Assembly: GCA_950097015.1 (NCBI GenBank)
Contig: CATNEN010000014.1
Coordinates: 1,984,001-2,048,000, forward strand
Length of the DNA: 64,000 nucleotides
Direction: 5' to 3'
From: Macrostomum hystrix
Taxonomy: Eukaryota > Animalia > Platyhelminthes
Shown here: piece by piece, positions 23,765 through 35,762 of the stretch
Layout: the number at the start of each line of letters is the position of its first letter
Numbering within the stretch: the first letter of the stretch is position 1
Notes under the pieces: generated by a model
Database searches by the model: none
What the model was told of the DNA's origin: nothing
What the model saw: only the letters and a program-made list of their open reading frames with translations
Translations under genes and position numbers: made by a program

Positions 23765-25140
23765 GCTAGCTGGCTGCTGTTTGGGTGGCTTCCGTGTTCG
23801 ACTTTTTCTTTTTGGAACCTGACGGAAGCCTTGAATATATGCGCCTCTCGAATGCCATCGCATCTGCAACGGGATTGGTCCGAGGCGGTTCCTGGACCAT
23901 GCAGGCGAGGGTGCTGTCAATTTTCGCACTTTTGCTTTTCCAGCCCACAGGATGCAGCTATAATACGTTTTTTCTGACTGGAACATTTCCAGAGCGAATG
24001 TCGCAAGCTCACTGGCTGTAGGGACCCCGGATAACTGAATTCTGAATCTATAATCGATCAGGACCTGAAGTGCACTCGGGATTCCTGATTCTAAGGTAAC
24101 CCCGCAGCCGGGTGACGCAGAGGTGCATAAATAATATTTTCATGAGCATCTCCCACCAGTCCGCATCGGGCAGACTTTGACACGGACCCCTGGGGATGGG
24201 AAATGGCGAATCATGCAAATTGGAGCTCCGCTGCATCAACGACAGCAGATGCCAAGGCCAGAGGAAGCCAGGCGGAGATCCAGACAGAGAGCGGAGGAGA
24301 GCGAGCTGGGGGAGAAATGTGCACGGCCAGAGGATCAGGCAAGGCGGAGCAGTCGCCAAGGGCCCTGAAGACTGGTATGCGAGCGATGACAAATGGTAGC
24401 CGAAGAAGCGATGCGCTCTCTGGTTGTCAGAAAATTCCCCTCCATCCAACGCTGCGCAAATTTTTCTTGCGATGGACTTTTAAAATGGCTGGCCAAGGAC
24501 ACGTCGTTTGCGTCATGCGCTCGTATTGCGTGCCGGGTCCGAAACTGCCAATGTTCAGCAAACTTTCTATGCTATTCTCGAAGTATATAGCTTTATGGAA
24601 AACTGAGCTGAGGGAAGGCTTGAGACTCCCACGACGATACAATCTCTTTGCTTTTCACATCGAAATGATTATCGATGTTGCGTGTATTGAAACATATACT
24701 CGAATTTTACAATTCATTCATTCATATTCGGTTTCAACACCACAGCGCTATAATGGTTGAATGCAACAATACAAAGAGAGCAAACGGAGGCGGTTGCCAG
24801 AAGGTAAATGTGAAGACGGGATCGCCTTAGCTGTGCGATTAGTTGTTGTGCAGTAGGAATGACAGGTGAAGGCGAAAAATCATTACTGACAAACAAAGCA
24901 TTTAAAAGTCTAGGCGAGCCAATGCTTACATGTGCATTTGTGGCGCAAAAATGGTTCGATAATATTGTCATCAAACTGGGCTATTAAACTTCTGCTTCTA
25001 TTATAGCTCCTCCTCGTGTTATGTTGTAAGAAATTCCTGATTACAATGACCTTGAAGGAAGTCTACATCAACTTTTCTTGCTTGGGAGTTTCCACCTCGA
25101 ATGTCCATCCGGACCCCATATCGGGTGTCTTTAAGAATTC

Positions 25141-25236
25141 CACCACGAGTGTCCTTGAGGGTTCTACCACGAGTGTCCTTGAGGATTCTACCACGAGTGT
25201 CCTTGAGGGTTCTACCACGAGTGTCCTTGAGGATCT
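25141..25236. repeat. 27-bp tandem repeat (~3.5 copies)
   Basis: CCACGAGTGTCCTTGAGG(G/A)TTCTA repeated. Confidence 0.85.
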
Positions 25237-25413
25237 CAAATAAAATCACCACCTCGACACTACCCCGAGTGCGACGGGGAGAATTTCCATCAAAACTGAC
25301 ACGGAGACGTAGATCCAGATCGTGTGAAAAGTGTCTTCAGGGCCCTTTGATGAATCAAAGAATTTGCACCTTTTGAGTACTCTGTTAAAAATGCTTCCGC
25401 CACGGCCCAACGG

Positions 25414-26779
25414 CTAGAGGTGCGATGTGTGCTCGCCCCTGAGCGTGCCGACGGCCTCAGTGACTCCGCCTTGTCGCCGCAGCAGAGCGGCTTCCATAGC
25501 TACCTTGGCCAGCCGGTAGCGATTCCGCGTCGCTGCCACTTCGGTAGCCTCCTCCTCGGCCACGCTTTCAAGCAGCTGGCGCAGCAGCGGCGTCGGCAGG
25601 CTGGCCAGCTGCATGATGCTGTGCCTTGGCGCCGCCCGGCCGGCCTCGCGAACCAGCAGCTTCCCGGACTGCGCCTCGTCCGGCCCTAGAGAGAGGCGGA
25701 CCCGCAGTGGGCAGTCTAGAGGTGACAGCACCAGCTCCCAGCCGTCAGGAGCGAGCACTGCGATGCAAAAGGCCTCGGCTGGGTCTCGAATCAGGTACTT
25801 GGCAAACAGGCGTCTGATCACCTGCGATGACGAACGGGAGAGAATGGAGCCCTGCTGATTAGCTGAGGGGTATCATTAGTGATGACATCTTTAGTGAGGT
25901 CATCTTTAGTGACGTCATTTTTTTAGTGTTGACATCTTTAGTGAGGTCATCTTTAGTGACGTCATCATTAGTGGGCAACTAAAGATTATCTCATCGTATT
26001 GTGGGCAATTGCTAATGAAATTCACGAATTCATGAATATTTATTTCATCTGCTAATGAAATGCCTGAATCATTATCCAGCCTCACCTGATGCACATTATC
26101 CCCGATGTCAGCTAAAACCTGAAAACTTTGTCCGGGCTCCGGCTGAACGCAGCTGGGCCCAATGAAGGCGTGTCCGTTGACAGACCTGCGCCAGCCTTCG
26201 GGAATCTGCTTACGCCAACGATGGCGCCGTCGCAGACGGACACCCTCGAATACCTTGGAAGTGCCGGTGAAAATGAGCTTCAATTTCCGCACAAGTCGCG
26301 TAAACATGACTCTTCCACTCTACTCTACTCCATTATTTCTGTTTTAGTCTAATCTGGTGCACTCTACAGAGTTGCACTTAACTTTTAATTTAGTATAATC
26401 TACTACTCTAATCTACTCCACTCATTAATCTAATCGACTCTAATCTTCACCAGCCCTATTCCACTTTAACTGCGTCAACCTTCTCGCTACTCACCTCCTC
26501 GCTTTCCCCACCGTCAGCAACGGCCGGCAGGTCCTCCTCGTGTTCCTCCTCGGGTCCCAGGAAGGCGTAGTGGCCGTTCAGCGGCCTGGAGCCGTCGCTT
26601 TCCACCAGGGTCAGCAGGCCGCGCACGTCCCAGTGCAGTCGCAGCTGGCCGCTGCACTCCAGGCCGCCGGGGCCGTGCCGCATGCTGACTCGCTCGGAGT
26701 CCAGCCGGCAGCGCGAGTTAAAGACGGCAATTCGGGCCGCAATTTCCAACTCCTCAGCCTCGCGCAGTTTGGAATTCAT
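25414..26779 (-). CDS. RASSF1/3/5-like protein (RA domain + SARAH); upstream exons uncertain
   Basis: Last exon 25821-25414 (acceptor CAG|GTG): VIRRLFAKYLIRDPAEAF...CPLRVRLSLGPDE...LLVRE, then the helix LPTPLLRQLLESVAEEE...RYRLAKVAMEAAL. This parallels RASSF PLRLRLLAGP...FVLKE and SARAH FSMPELHNFL..L.REE. Exon ~26779-26460 EIAARIAVFNSR...SGQLRLHW parallels EIEQKIKEYN...TGFIKVQL. A middle exon near 26120-26300 is tentative. Confidence 0.7.
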
Positions 26780-27988
26780 GCTGGCCTAGGCCTGCATGCT
26801 CAAATCCGGTGCGATCGCCTGCTTCGAATGGGAACTTGTGCCCAGGTGTTGGGGTACAGTCTACCCGTTCTTAGGACCCGCAGCAGCAAAGAGTCGGGTC
26901 AGACAGTATCGGAGCCGCAAAAATAAGAGGAATGAAAGCTACAGGTCTAGGCCTGTTGCTCGAGTACTATTGTGCAGCGAAACTGTACAGCTGTGCCATA
27001 CCTTGCCAGCTCTCTTGCTGGTGCAAACAGAAAAGATAGAAAAATGAGAGGGGCTGGGCTGCCACGCAGAATTCAGCATGTCTTTGAGCGGGGTGGGTGG
27101 GGGCGGTTTGCACACAGGCTCGACACTCGGCTGTCACATAATTAAGAGCTTTTCCTGCCAAATAGAGAGGCCAGCACTAAGCCGAAGGTGCACACTCGGA
27201 AATGCCAGCACTCTGCCCGCATGCACACACTGCATGTGGCAGGCGCATTTCGAACGTTCTGAGCGATTTTTAGCTCCAAATAATCAGAATGTTTCCTCGA
27301 CCCCGCCGCGAGCATTTTAGTTCCAGGCATGGCACTAAAAGTTTGGGATTAATAACAGCAATTCGCTCGTGTATTATATGACATTTTTACTAAAATTGGG
27401 CCTTTTCAAGCCCGTGAATGGACGAAAATTTAGGCATAGAAAGCTGCTTCGCTTTTAAACCTAATAGTGCAAATTGTCACTCCATTTTAGCAGACCGATT
27501 CTGTGAGAATCTCACTTTCTAGTAACTCCCCATTATACTGAAGTCTTCGACCTCTGAATAACCAATCATTGCAGAAGCCTGGTACACCATATACCAAATA
27601 GAGCATAGTTTGAGTTTCTTGAAAAGAATTACTTTCACAGTCTATTAGCATTACTGGCAAAAGCTAATCAATTGCGTTCTTCAACATTCTCTCGGAAGTA
27701 AAATTTAAGTAAAATCTCAGTATATTTGATTTTGAATAATCTTTTTTCTATTGCTTGGAAGTTAAGGTTTGGTTGAGACCATGCTAGCCTCAAGGGTTTT
27801 GCCAGACGCGGCCATCAGAAGCAGTTTTCTGTTTATTATGGGTGAGCTGCTAACTAATATAAGGAGATCACAAATTTGATTTTCATAACTCACTATAAGC
27901 GTAGTGTCATTTCAATAGTTTGTAACCGTAGATGCCAAAAGCGAGTCGGAGTAGAGCAGACTGCGGAGTGCTCTGCAGTACCCGCAGC

Positions 27989-29058
27989 TCAGTGTCCAAT
28001 CATGCACTCAATACTTCTCATAGAGTACTCAGCAGTAAGCACGGATCCTGAGTTGAACAGGTAATAGTAAATGCCAACTCCACCGCTGAAGGCGCTGGGA
28101 GGCTGCTTATAAACTCCATTAGGGTTGATAAAGGTACAATAGCCGAACCACCAGCCAGCTGACTTCTCCTGCGCGCAGCTGCCGTCACTCCAGATGTCGT
28201 TGTCAGAGTCCACTGTGCTGAACTGCTGGTTGTTCGGCGACCAAGCCGTGTTAGTCAACTGGCCGACACTCGACCTGCTTGCGTCCAGTGGTCCCATCGA
28301 GGCCCTGTACTTGTCGGACGCCGCGGCAACCGAGAACGGCGCGTTCTCGGCCCAGTACCAGGTGCCGTTCCAGTCGCTGAACTCCCACCGAACTCTCCAC
28401 ACTCCGGAGGCGCTGATCTGGTGCAGCTGCTCCAGTCCCATCCAGAAGTTGAGGCTCTCGCCCTGACCGAATCCGCTCACGTACTCGGACCAGCTGCGGT
28501 TGAAGCTGACGGAGCCGTCCACTCGGTGCTGGAATGTCCGCCAGCAGCTCGATGGTGGCTTCTTGACCTGCAAAGAGTAATTCGACATGGTTTGAAGTGA
28601 TGATTTTCATCGACTTGGCAATTCCCCAAGAGAGTGTTCAGACGAGCTACTAGCAATACATGCTGGGTTTGCCAGACAGCTTACTGGATTCAGTGATATC
28701 CGATACAGAATCTACTGAGATCTGTGCTCAACTATTTTAACGAGCAGTTCAGCGGTGAACTTGCCCAGAGCAGCGGCAGGCTGGAGTTGCTGGCATGACG
28801 GCACTTCCTGCAGCCGCTGCTTCCCAGTCTGCAGGCCAGCAGCGCGCAGGCGGTCGAGTTCGCTTCATACCGCACCGCATCCGCATTCCCGGCCATCATC
28901 GTGCACTGGATGTCACTCAGAGCGGTCCTGACTGCCAGCAGCTTGTACTCGTCGGTGTTGTCTCGCTGCAGCACCCAGTCCGAAGCTGCGGTCGTTGCTG
29001 TCAGCACAGAGAAGACCACCATCAAGGCGCCAGCTTGCTGAAATGCTTTTCGCGACAT
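27989..29058 (-). CDS. Secreted fibrinogen-related-domain protein (copy 1, intact, 290 aa): signal peptide + Cys-rich PAN-like module + N-truncated FReD
   Basis: Exons 29058-28765 and 28567-27989; the intron has a GC donor (TGG|GCAAGT) and TTTGCAG acceptor. FReD motifs: TFQHRVDGSVSFNRSWSEYVSGFG, FWMGLEQLH, FSTVDSDND, CA...GWWF..C...NPNG. Confidence 0.88.
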
Positions 29059-29931
29059 TTCTATCTAGCATTGATGTCAGGGTTTATCCGATTTCCAAGT
29101 CACCTGCGCCAATGTCCGCGTCAATATTTGAAAGACTTGATGATGCGGGCAGCTCTGTGCCCACGCCTGCTATTTTTCGTCCGCTAGTTTCCTTGTCTCC
29201 TAGCAACCATTCACAACTCAGGGGAGAATTGCAACAGAGGTGTACACCCGTTGCCAACTGGTTAGTGTGCAGTCTTAGTTAGAAAATTCTTGCAGTGTCG
29301 CACTGGGAGTGTGAGCTGCTGCAATTGGATAACAATAGCCTTTTACGAGCATGGGGGCTGTAAGAATGAATAGAAATTATGAGCCTTTAGGGGGACTCAC
29401 GACATCAGGGTCGGGGGGAAAGGAACTAATTCCTGAGTCAGTCCACATACTTTCATAACTTTATGAATCTTTAGTACCCAGTAAAACAGCGAAATCACCT
29501 AGCAGAGAAGTCAGTAAAAGCGAGCCGCGAAAATCTTCAAAAAAATGCAGCAAGTTTTATTTGCCAAGAAAGCTGAACATAAAATTTTATTGACAGTTGA
29601 ATGCATTGCATCGACCCTCTCTCAGCCAACTCGACAGATAGTGAGGCTTGCTGCCATTCCGCATGATGATTAAGTCAGAACTAGACTCACAGAATTTCAT
29701 CTATTTTCTAGGAAACTTTGCCTTCTTCAAAGTCCAGCACGGCTTTCATTTTGTGTCGCGGCTCACCTCAACCCACGCACAGCTTCTTTGAATCTGTAGA
29801 TGGGAAGTCTCTCTCAGCTAAAATGCGATTAGACAATGAGCAGCTGATCCAATGGATGAGCTGATGTAACGTTGTGAGATCTAAGTAATCGATGCTGTAT
29901 ACTGCAACACCCGCATGCACTGGCCCCGACT

Positions 29932-30057
29932 ATGCTGGCCTGCAGCAGCATCTGCAACGGCCTGGGCAACATCTGCCGGAAGCGCACCGACTGCTGCCGC
30001 GGACTGTACTGTGAAAGCTTCGACCCCGGTCGAGCCACCAGTTGGAGCGGCGGGTAA
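29932..30057 (+). CDS. Knottin (ICK)-like Cys-rich micro-ORF or exon
   Basis: Frame not in the ORF track: MLACSSICNGLGNICRKRTDCCRGLYCESFDPGRATSWSGG*, with C-x6-C-x5-CC-x4-C spacing. Confidence 0.5.
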   Translation: MLACSSICNGLGNICRKRTDCCRGLYCESFDPGRATSWSGG

Positions 30058-30377
30058 TCAGCCACCTAGGTATGGGAAGTATTCGACTGCCCAACATCTG
30101 TGTTGCTGCCCTCTTTGAAGACATTGTCCGCGGGTGGGAGGGTTTAAAAAACGGTTCGTTTACAATTAAGCAAATTAATTAAATCAACTACAATTTGTAA
30201 CTAGACCATAAGACAGCTGCATGCCCAGGGCAAACTGGGGTATAATACAAAAGGGCTCAAATTAAATTGAGCCATTGACAAATCTAAGATGTGGACTAAC
30301 TACAGTTTAGGGCAAACAAAACGGTCATTCGCGTCCCTCTATGCCCTTCATTCACAAAAAACGACGGCAAAGGTCAA

Positions 30378-31818
30378 AGCTCACTGGCACTGTCCGAACT
30401 GAAATGAGGCGTACCTCCTGGCACAGATTTGAGAACAGCAATCGCTGCTGAGCTCACAAAAGAGTCCGTAGGTGAGACACTTAAATGTCCTAGCCTCACT
30501 GGACACTGCGGGAAACAGGATGTAGACTTTGCCAATTCGTTTTTTTGAAACAAAATGCAAACAAAAAGGTCAGGTAAACGTACCGCATAAGAAGACAATG
30601 AATACTATGAGCACTAAATGGAAAAATAATCGGGACATGGCAGTTATTAGTAAAGCAAAATATTGGGCATTTTTTTATCTAAGCATTGAGTCAGAGGTTA
30701 CAAAGTCTTTTGGTCGAGGGCGCGCAGCTCCTCTCGGCCATAGACATTAATGATCGAGAAGCCATGACATGCCGAGAAATGGGAAGTTACAGTAGTATCC
30801 CAGATCTATTTTTAATTGTTTCTAACAAATTGACCTCTGCCAAAAAGTATTGAGGTCGCCTAGTATAGAGTGTCAATAAGGACGAAAATCTGAAATCGAT
30901 TTTTAGAATCCACCCACCCCCTTCGTCACCAAGCTTCTTAGTCTATGGCACAAGTTGTGGCTAGAATGTTGTTCAGTCGCTCAGTTACCAGACTCAGTTG
31001 CCGTCGCCTGTCTGTTTACTTTACTCTGCCTGTTTATCACTTATGTTTTTGTCTTTCCGACTCTGCTGCAAGAATCCTGCTTTCTCCTTCTTTTCTCCTT
31101 ACACAATGCAAGGAGATCAATGTACTTACGGTTGCAGTATAGATACAAAAATAATGTCTTGAAGACGTTTTAAGCATACGTGGTAGTCGTCCAGCTACGA
31201 GTATTTTTGAGCATTGGCTTTGTACAACATTCTAGCCACAACTTGTGCCATAGACTAAAAAGCTTGGTGACGAAGGGGGTGGGTGGATTCTAAAAATCGG
31301 CTTCAGATTTTCGTCCTTATTGGCACTCTATACTAGGCGACCTCAATACTTTTTGGCAGAGGTCAATTTGTTAGAAACAGTTAAAAATAGATCTGGGATA
31401 CTACTGTAACTTCCCATTTCTCGGCATGTCATGGCTTCTCGATCATTAATGTCTATGGCCGAGAGGAGCTGCGCGCCCTCGACCAAAAGACTTTGTAACC
31501 TCTGACTCAATGCTTAGATAAAAAAATGCCCAATATTTTGCTTTACTAATAACTGCCATGTCCCGATTATTTTTCCATTTAGTGCTCATAGTATTCATTG
31601 TCTTCTTATGCGGTACGTTTACCTGACCTTTTTGTTTGCATTTTGTTAAAAAAAAACGAATTGGCAAAGTCTACATCCTGTTTCCCGCAGTGTCCAGTGA
31701 GGCTAGGACATTTAAGTGTCTCACCTACGGACTCTTTTGTGAGCTCAGCAGCGATTGCTGTTCTCAAATCTGTGCCAGGAGGTACGCCTCATTTCAGTTC
31801 GGACAGTGCCAGTGAGCT
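30378..31818. repeat. Large inverted repeat: two ~595-bp near-identical arms with a 251-bp spacer
   Basis: 30378-30972 is the reverse complement of 31224-31818 (identical ORF translations appear on opposite strands). Each arm carries a CCATAGAC...GTCTATGG cassette. No TSD was found. Confidence 0.93.
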
Positions 31819-32616
31819 GGGGCAGGCAAGCCTGGCTAGTCGGAAGTATTGCATGGCGTGGAGTCCCGATACAGCTCTGCCGTGAAGTCTGTCTGGCCTT
31901 AACACAAGTTTCAACTAACAATAATTAAAAATACAATTTCTGAACTTCATAATATGAATATTCAGGGATTTGTCCCAGGCCTGATGGCTTTTGTACAGTA
32001 TTATCAGTGCTGATCAATTTATTTTGCTAACCAACACTTAATTTGCTCTTCGCACGGTTAAAAATGAGTCCCAAGGACGCGGATTCGAGCCAAGGACGAG
32101 TAAAGCAGGGTTTGCTTTAGACCCACTAACTTTAGTAGTCATCGATTCCAGGAGGAAGGACTCGTAGCCCTAGAATAATCGTGAGAAGCTTTAGATAAGA
32201 AACTTTTAGCTTTTTCCCCGTTCTACTGGAATATTTCTCAAGGCATAGCATGCGGCGATTGCCTGCGTACAATGCGCATTGTGCTTTGTTTCCTGTGATG
32301 GCAAAAGCATCCCTAGATTCCTCCTCAGAATTGCTATAAACCATCACAGACTTTTTTTGACGACTTTTGTTTCCGATTCTGAGGCTGTGGGTATAACAAA
32401 GAAAATTTTCTTAAAATATTCTGCTTGCTGTGCTGTAGCCAACGTAAACAAAACGCTGTTTATAGCAACATTTGCGGACTGCTCCGCTCACACATAAGAC
32501 TCAATACAGTCCCGAATCGGCAGACGAGTCTCAATCCATTCCAACCGCGATTTCATCCAACAATTAGAAGATATTTTTCCAGCAACAGCATTTCAAATCT
32601 ATTCTGCATTGAGAAA

Positions 32617-33440
32617 ATGTTGGTGTTTGAAGCTTACGTCAAGATTATTTTCCCGATTTTGCTGATTCACTTCGGCATGCTGCAGTGTATCAAAAGTTGC
32701 TGCACACATCAACAAATCTCAAAATGGAAGCTGCATCGAGGTGACATCGGTGAGTACAGGCTCCTGGCCGCACTGAAGGCTGGAAGCAGCATCGACTGTC
32801 TGAGCAGTCCTCGGGCTGCTGAGGCTCACGCAGCTTCCTTCGATGCTGCATCTGAGACCTGCACGCTGATGCTGTGTAGCCGGGGCAGTGCAGATGGCTG
32901 CAGGAAGTGCCGACACGAGAGGGATCCGGCTCTGCCGACTCTCTGGGTGAGTTGGGCTGCTCTGCTGATCCAGCTGATGTTCTCAGATCAGCTCGAACAT
33001 TCGCTTGTATCCCTGCAGCTGAAGGAGCTACCATCGAGCTGCTGGCGGACATTCCAGCACCGAGTGGACGGCTCCGTCAGCTTCAACCGCAGCTGGTCCG
33101 AGTACGTGAGCGGATTCGGTCAGGGCGAGAGCCTCAACTTCTGGATGGGACTGGAGCAGCTGCACCAGATCAGCGCCTCCGGAGTGTGGAGAGTTCGGTG
33201 GGAGTTCAGCGACTGGAACGGCACCTGGTACTGGGCCGAGAACGCGCCGTTCTCGGTTGCCGCGGCGTCCGACAAGCGACAAGTACAGGGCCTCGATGGG
33301 ACCGCTGGACGCGAGCAGGTCGACTGTCGGAGAACGCACTGAACTCGCATCTGTCTTCCAACAACCAGCAGTTCAGCACATCGGAGGTGTACAATGACAG
33401 CTGGAGTAAAGCCAGTTTGCCCTCAGCGATCTTGTGATTT
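32617..33440 (+). pseudogene. Fibrinogen-related-domain gene copy 2, frameshifted
   Basis: Exon from ATG 32617 to 32946, 72-nt GT-AG intron, exon from 33019. A 7-bp duplication (GACAAGCGACAAG, ~33270-33283) shifts the frame, and the 3' end decays with a stop before GWWF. Confidence 0.85.
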
Positions 33441-34083
33441 GGTTGGTGCACTTTTCTTAATCGCGAATTCGTTAATCTCAACGGTGTGCATCAGGCTCCT
33501 TTGCGGCTCTTGCTGGCAGAGGAAATTGCTGGTCAGACTCCGATGAGGTGTTCGCTCTCTGCTGTTCCTAATATGTTGTAACCTCTTAAAACATTGAAAT
33601 AGAATAAGACTTTGCCGCTTCTGCAAACTGCCCTTGTGAGATTGTTGAAGCAAAGGGCTTCGTTGGTTTAATTTGCTATAATTCGAGCACTTGGGTGATT
33701 CAAATCGCTAGGCGCACCGATCTCATACTCAACAAACCAGCCAATTCTCAAACAATCCTATGCATTTTCTCTGTGCGCGGATACAATTGGCGTCTTGTTT
33801 GACTTACAAAAGTCAATGAACAGAACAACTGAAGCTCATGGAGTTTGCGCAAACAAACTCGCTATGATTTGGCTGCACTTGCATGAGGGCTTTTTTAATT
33901 TATTTTCATCAATTTCTTCAAACTTTAGGATATCACTTTTGCAACAGTGAGGTAAGCTGCAGTTCGTAATTGCAGCTTTTTTTAGTATTTGGCCTGAACC
34001 CTTGCTGGTAACATTCTGAAAAGGCTTTATATCTGGCGATCGATTTCTAAAACAGCCTATAACAGAGACTTTATCTCAATCTC

Positions 34084-35070
34084 TCAATGACCGACTTTCT
34101 GAATCAGACACTCGAAGGACTTCATCGAGTACCCAATTGACAGCACAGAGCTGGTGTCAGACAAATAGTAGTACATTCCATTACTCGTCGTATAGAAAGC
34201 TGCCGGAGGGCTCGCAAACAGCCCGTTCGGGTTGATGAAGTTGCAATAGCCGAACCACCAACCGGCTGACCTCGACAGTGCGCAGCTGCCGCCACTCCAG
34301 ATGTCGTTGTCAGAGTCCACTGTGCTGAACTGCTGGTTGTTCGGCGACCAGTCCGTGTTAGTCAACTGGCCGACACTCGACCTGCTCGCGTCCAGCGGTC
34401 CCATCGAGGCCCTGTACTTGTCGGACGCGGCGCCAATCGAGAACGGCGCGTTCTCAGCCCAGTACCAGGTGCCGTTCCAGTCGCTGAACTCCCACCGAAC
34501 TCTCCACAGTCCGGAGGCGCTGATCTGGTGCAGCTGCTCCAGTCCCATCCAGAAGTTGAGGCTCTCGCCCTGACCGAATCCGCTCACGTACTCGGACTAG
34601 CTGCGGTTGAAGCTGACGGAGCCGTCCACTCGGTGCTGGAATGTCCGCCAGCAGCTCGATGGTGGCTCCTTCAGCTGCAGGGATACAAGCGAATGTTCGA
34701 GCTGATCTGAGAACATCAGCTGGATCAGCAGAGCAGCCCAACTCACCCAGAGAGTCGGCAGAGCCGGATCCCTCTCGTGTCGGCACTTCCTGCAGCCATC
34801 TGCACTGCCCCGGCTACACAGCATCAGCGTGCAGGTCTCAGATGCAGCATCGAAGGAAGCTGCGTGAGCCTCGGCAGCCGGAGGACTGCTCAGACAGTCG
34901 ATGCTGCTTCCAGCTCTCAGTGCGGCCAGGAGCCTGTACTCACCGATGTCACCTCGATGCAGCTTCCACTTTGTGATGGAGGAGCCCGCATCGATCGCTA
35001 TCGCGCAGTTGATTTTGACAGAGCAGACGGCAAACATCAGCCACAGACTGAAGCTCTGTGAGTCACACAT
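34084..35070 (-). pseudogene. Fibrinogen-related-domain gene copy 3, single nonsense change
   Basis: Exons 35070-34747 and 34674-34084 with a 72-nt GT-AG intron. TGG>TAG at 34597-34599 in NRS(W)SEY; otherwise complete. Confidence 0.85.
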
Positions 35071-35165
35071 TGCTGCTCAGACAGACTGCCTGTGAGCTGT
35101 GAGCAGTGTCTGGTTGCTGCTCAGACAGACTGCCTGTGAGCTGTGAGCAGTGTCTGGTTGCTGCT
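35063..35165. repeat. 44-bp tandem duplication overlapping the copy 3 start region
   Basis: TGCTGCTCAGACAGACTGCCTGTGAGCTGTGAGCAGTGTCTGGT twice plus a partial copy. Confidence 0.8.
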
Positions 35166-35762
35166 AGCAAAGCGTCTCAAATCTATATGTAGAAACGCAG
35201 CATTGTTGGCACCAGCTCAAGCGTGCGATTGCCTGGCCTAGGTGTTTCTCACGCGATTTTTTTACTTTCTGCCTTCAACATTGGCGCTTTCAGGCATGTA
35301 GCTTCCAATTTTTTCCTTGGCTGACGGCAATTTAAGACTTGCAGCTTTTTGCAACTCCCTGAAACTGCGCCTAGAGAGGTGCTGTCAATCACTGGAACTA
35401 CCAAGTTATGGTCTCTGAAAATATGAGTACAAAGGAAAGGAAAGCGTTCCCGACAACAGTAGCCGTGTTTTGGTGGAGGTGAGCGGTTGACTGTTGTTGC
35501 AAAGCGACAGGCATTAATTAGTTAATTAGCCTACTCTATGATCGATTTGAAGTGATATTTCTCAGAAACAAATGCTGAAACAAAGTTTCAATTCAGAAGT
35601 ACCAGACCCCCAGCATTCCAAAACTTCACAGATCCGCAAAATGTGAAGATTCCCCAGCTCCCAGATTATTGCAGATTCCCAATTTCCGAGGTCGAAAATT
35701 TCTGAGATTTTGTAGGTTCCCTGCAGATTCTTATATCCTTGGTCAACAATGTCCCAGATCGG

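Noticed and set aside
24048-24974. Several overlapping ORFs between FABP and RASSF
   Set aside because: No domain motifs or convincing splice pattern; likely UTR or intergenic.
30374-31885. Duplicated small ORFs (MSSYAVRLPD..., MPIRFF...)
   Set aside because: By-products of the inverted repeat; no recognisable motifs.
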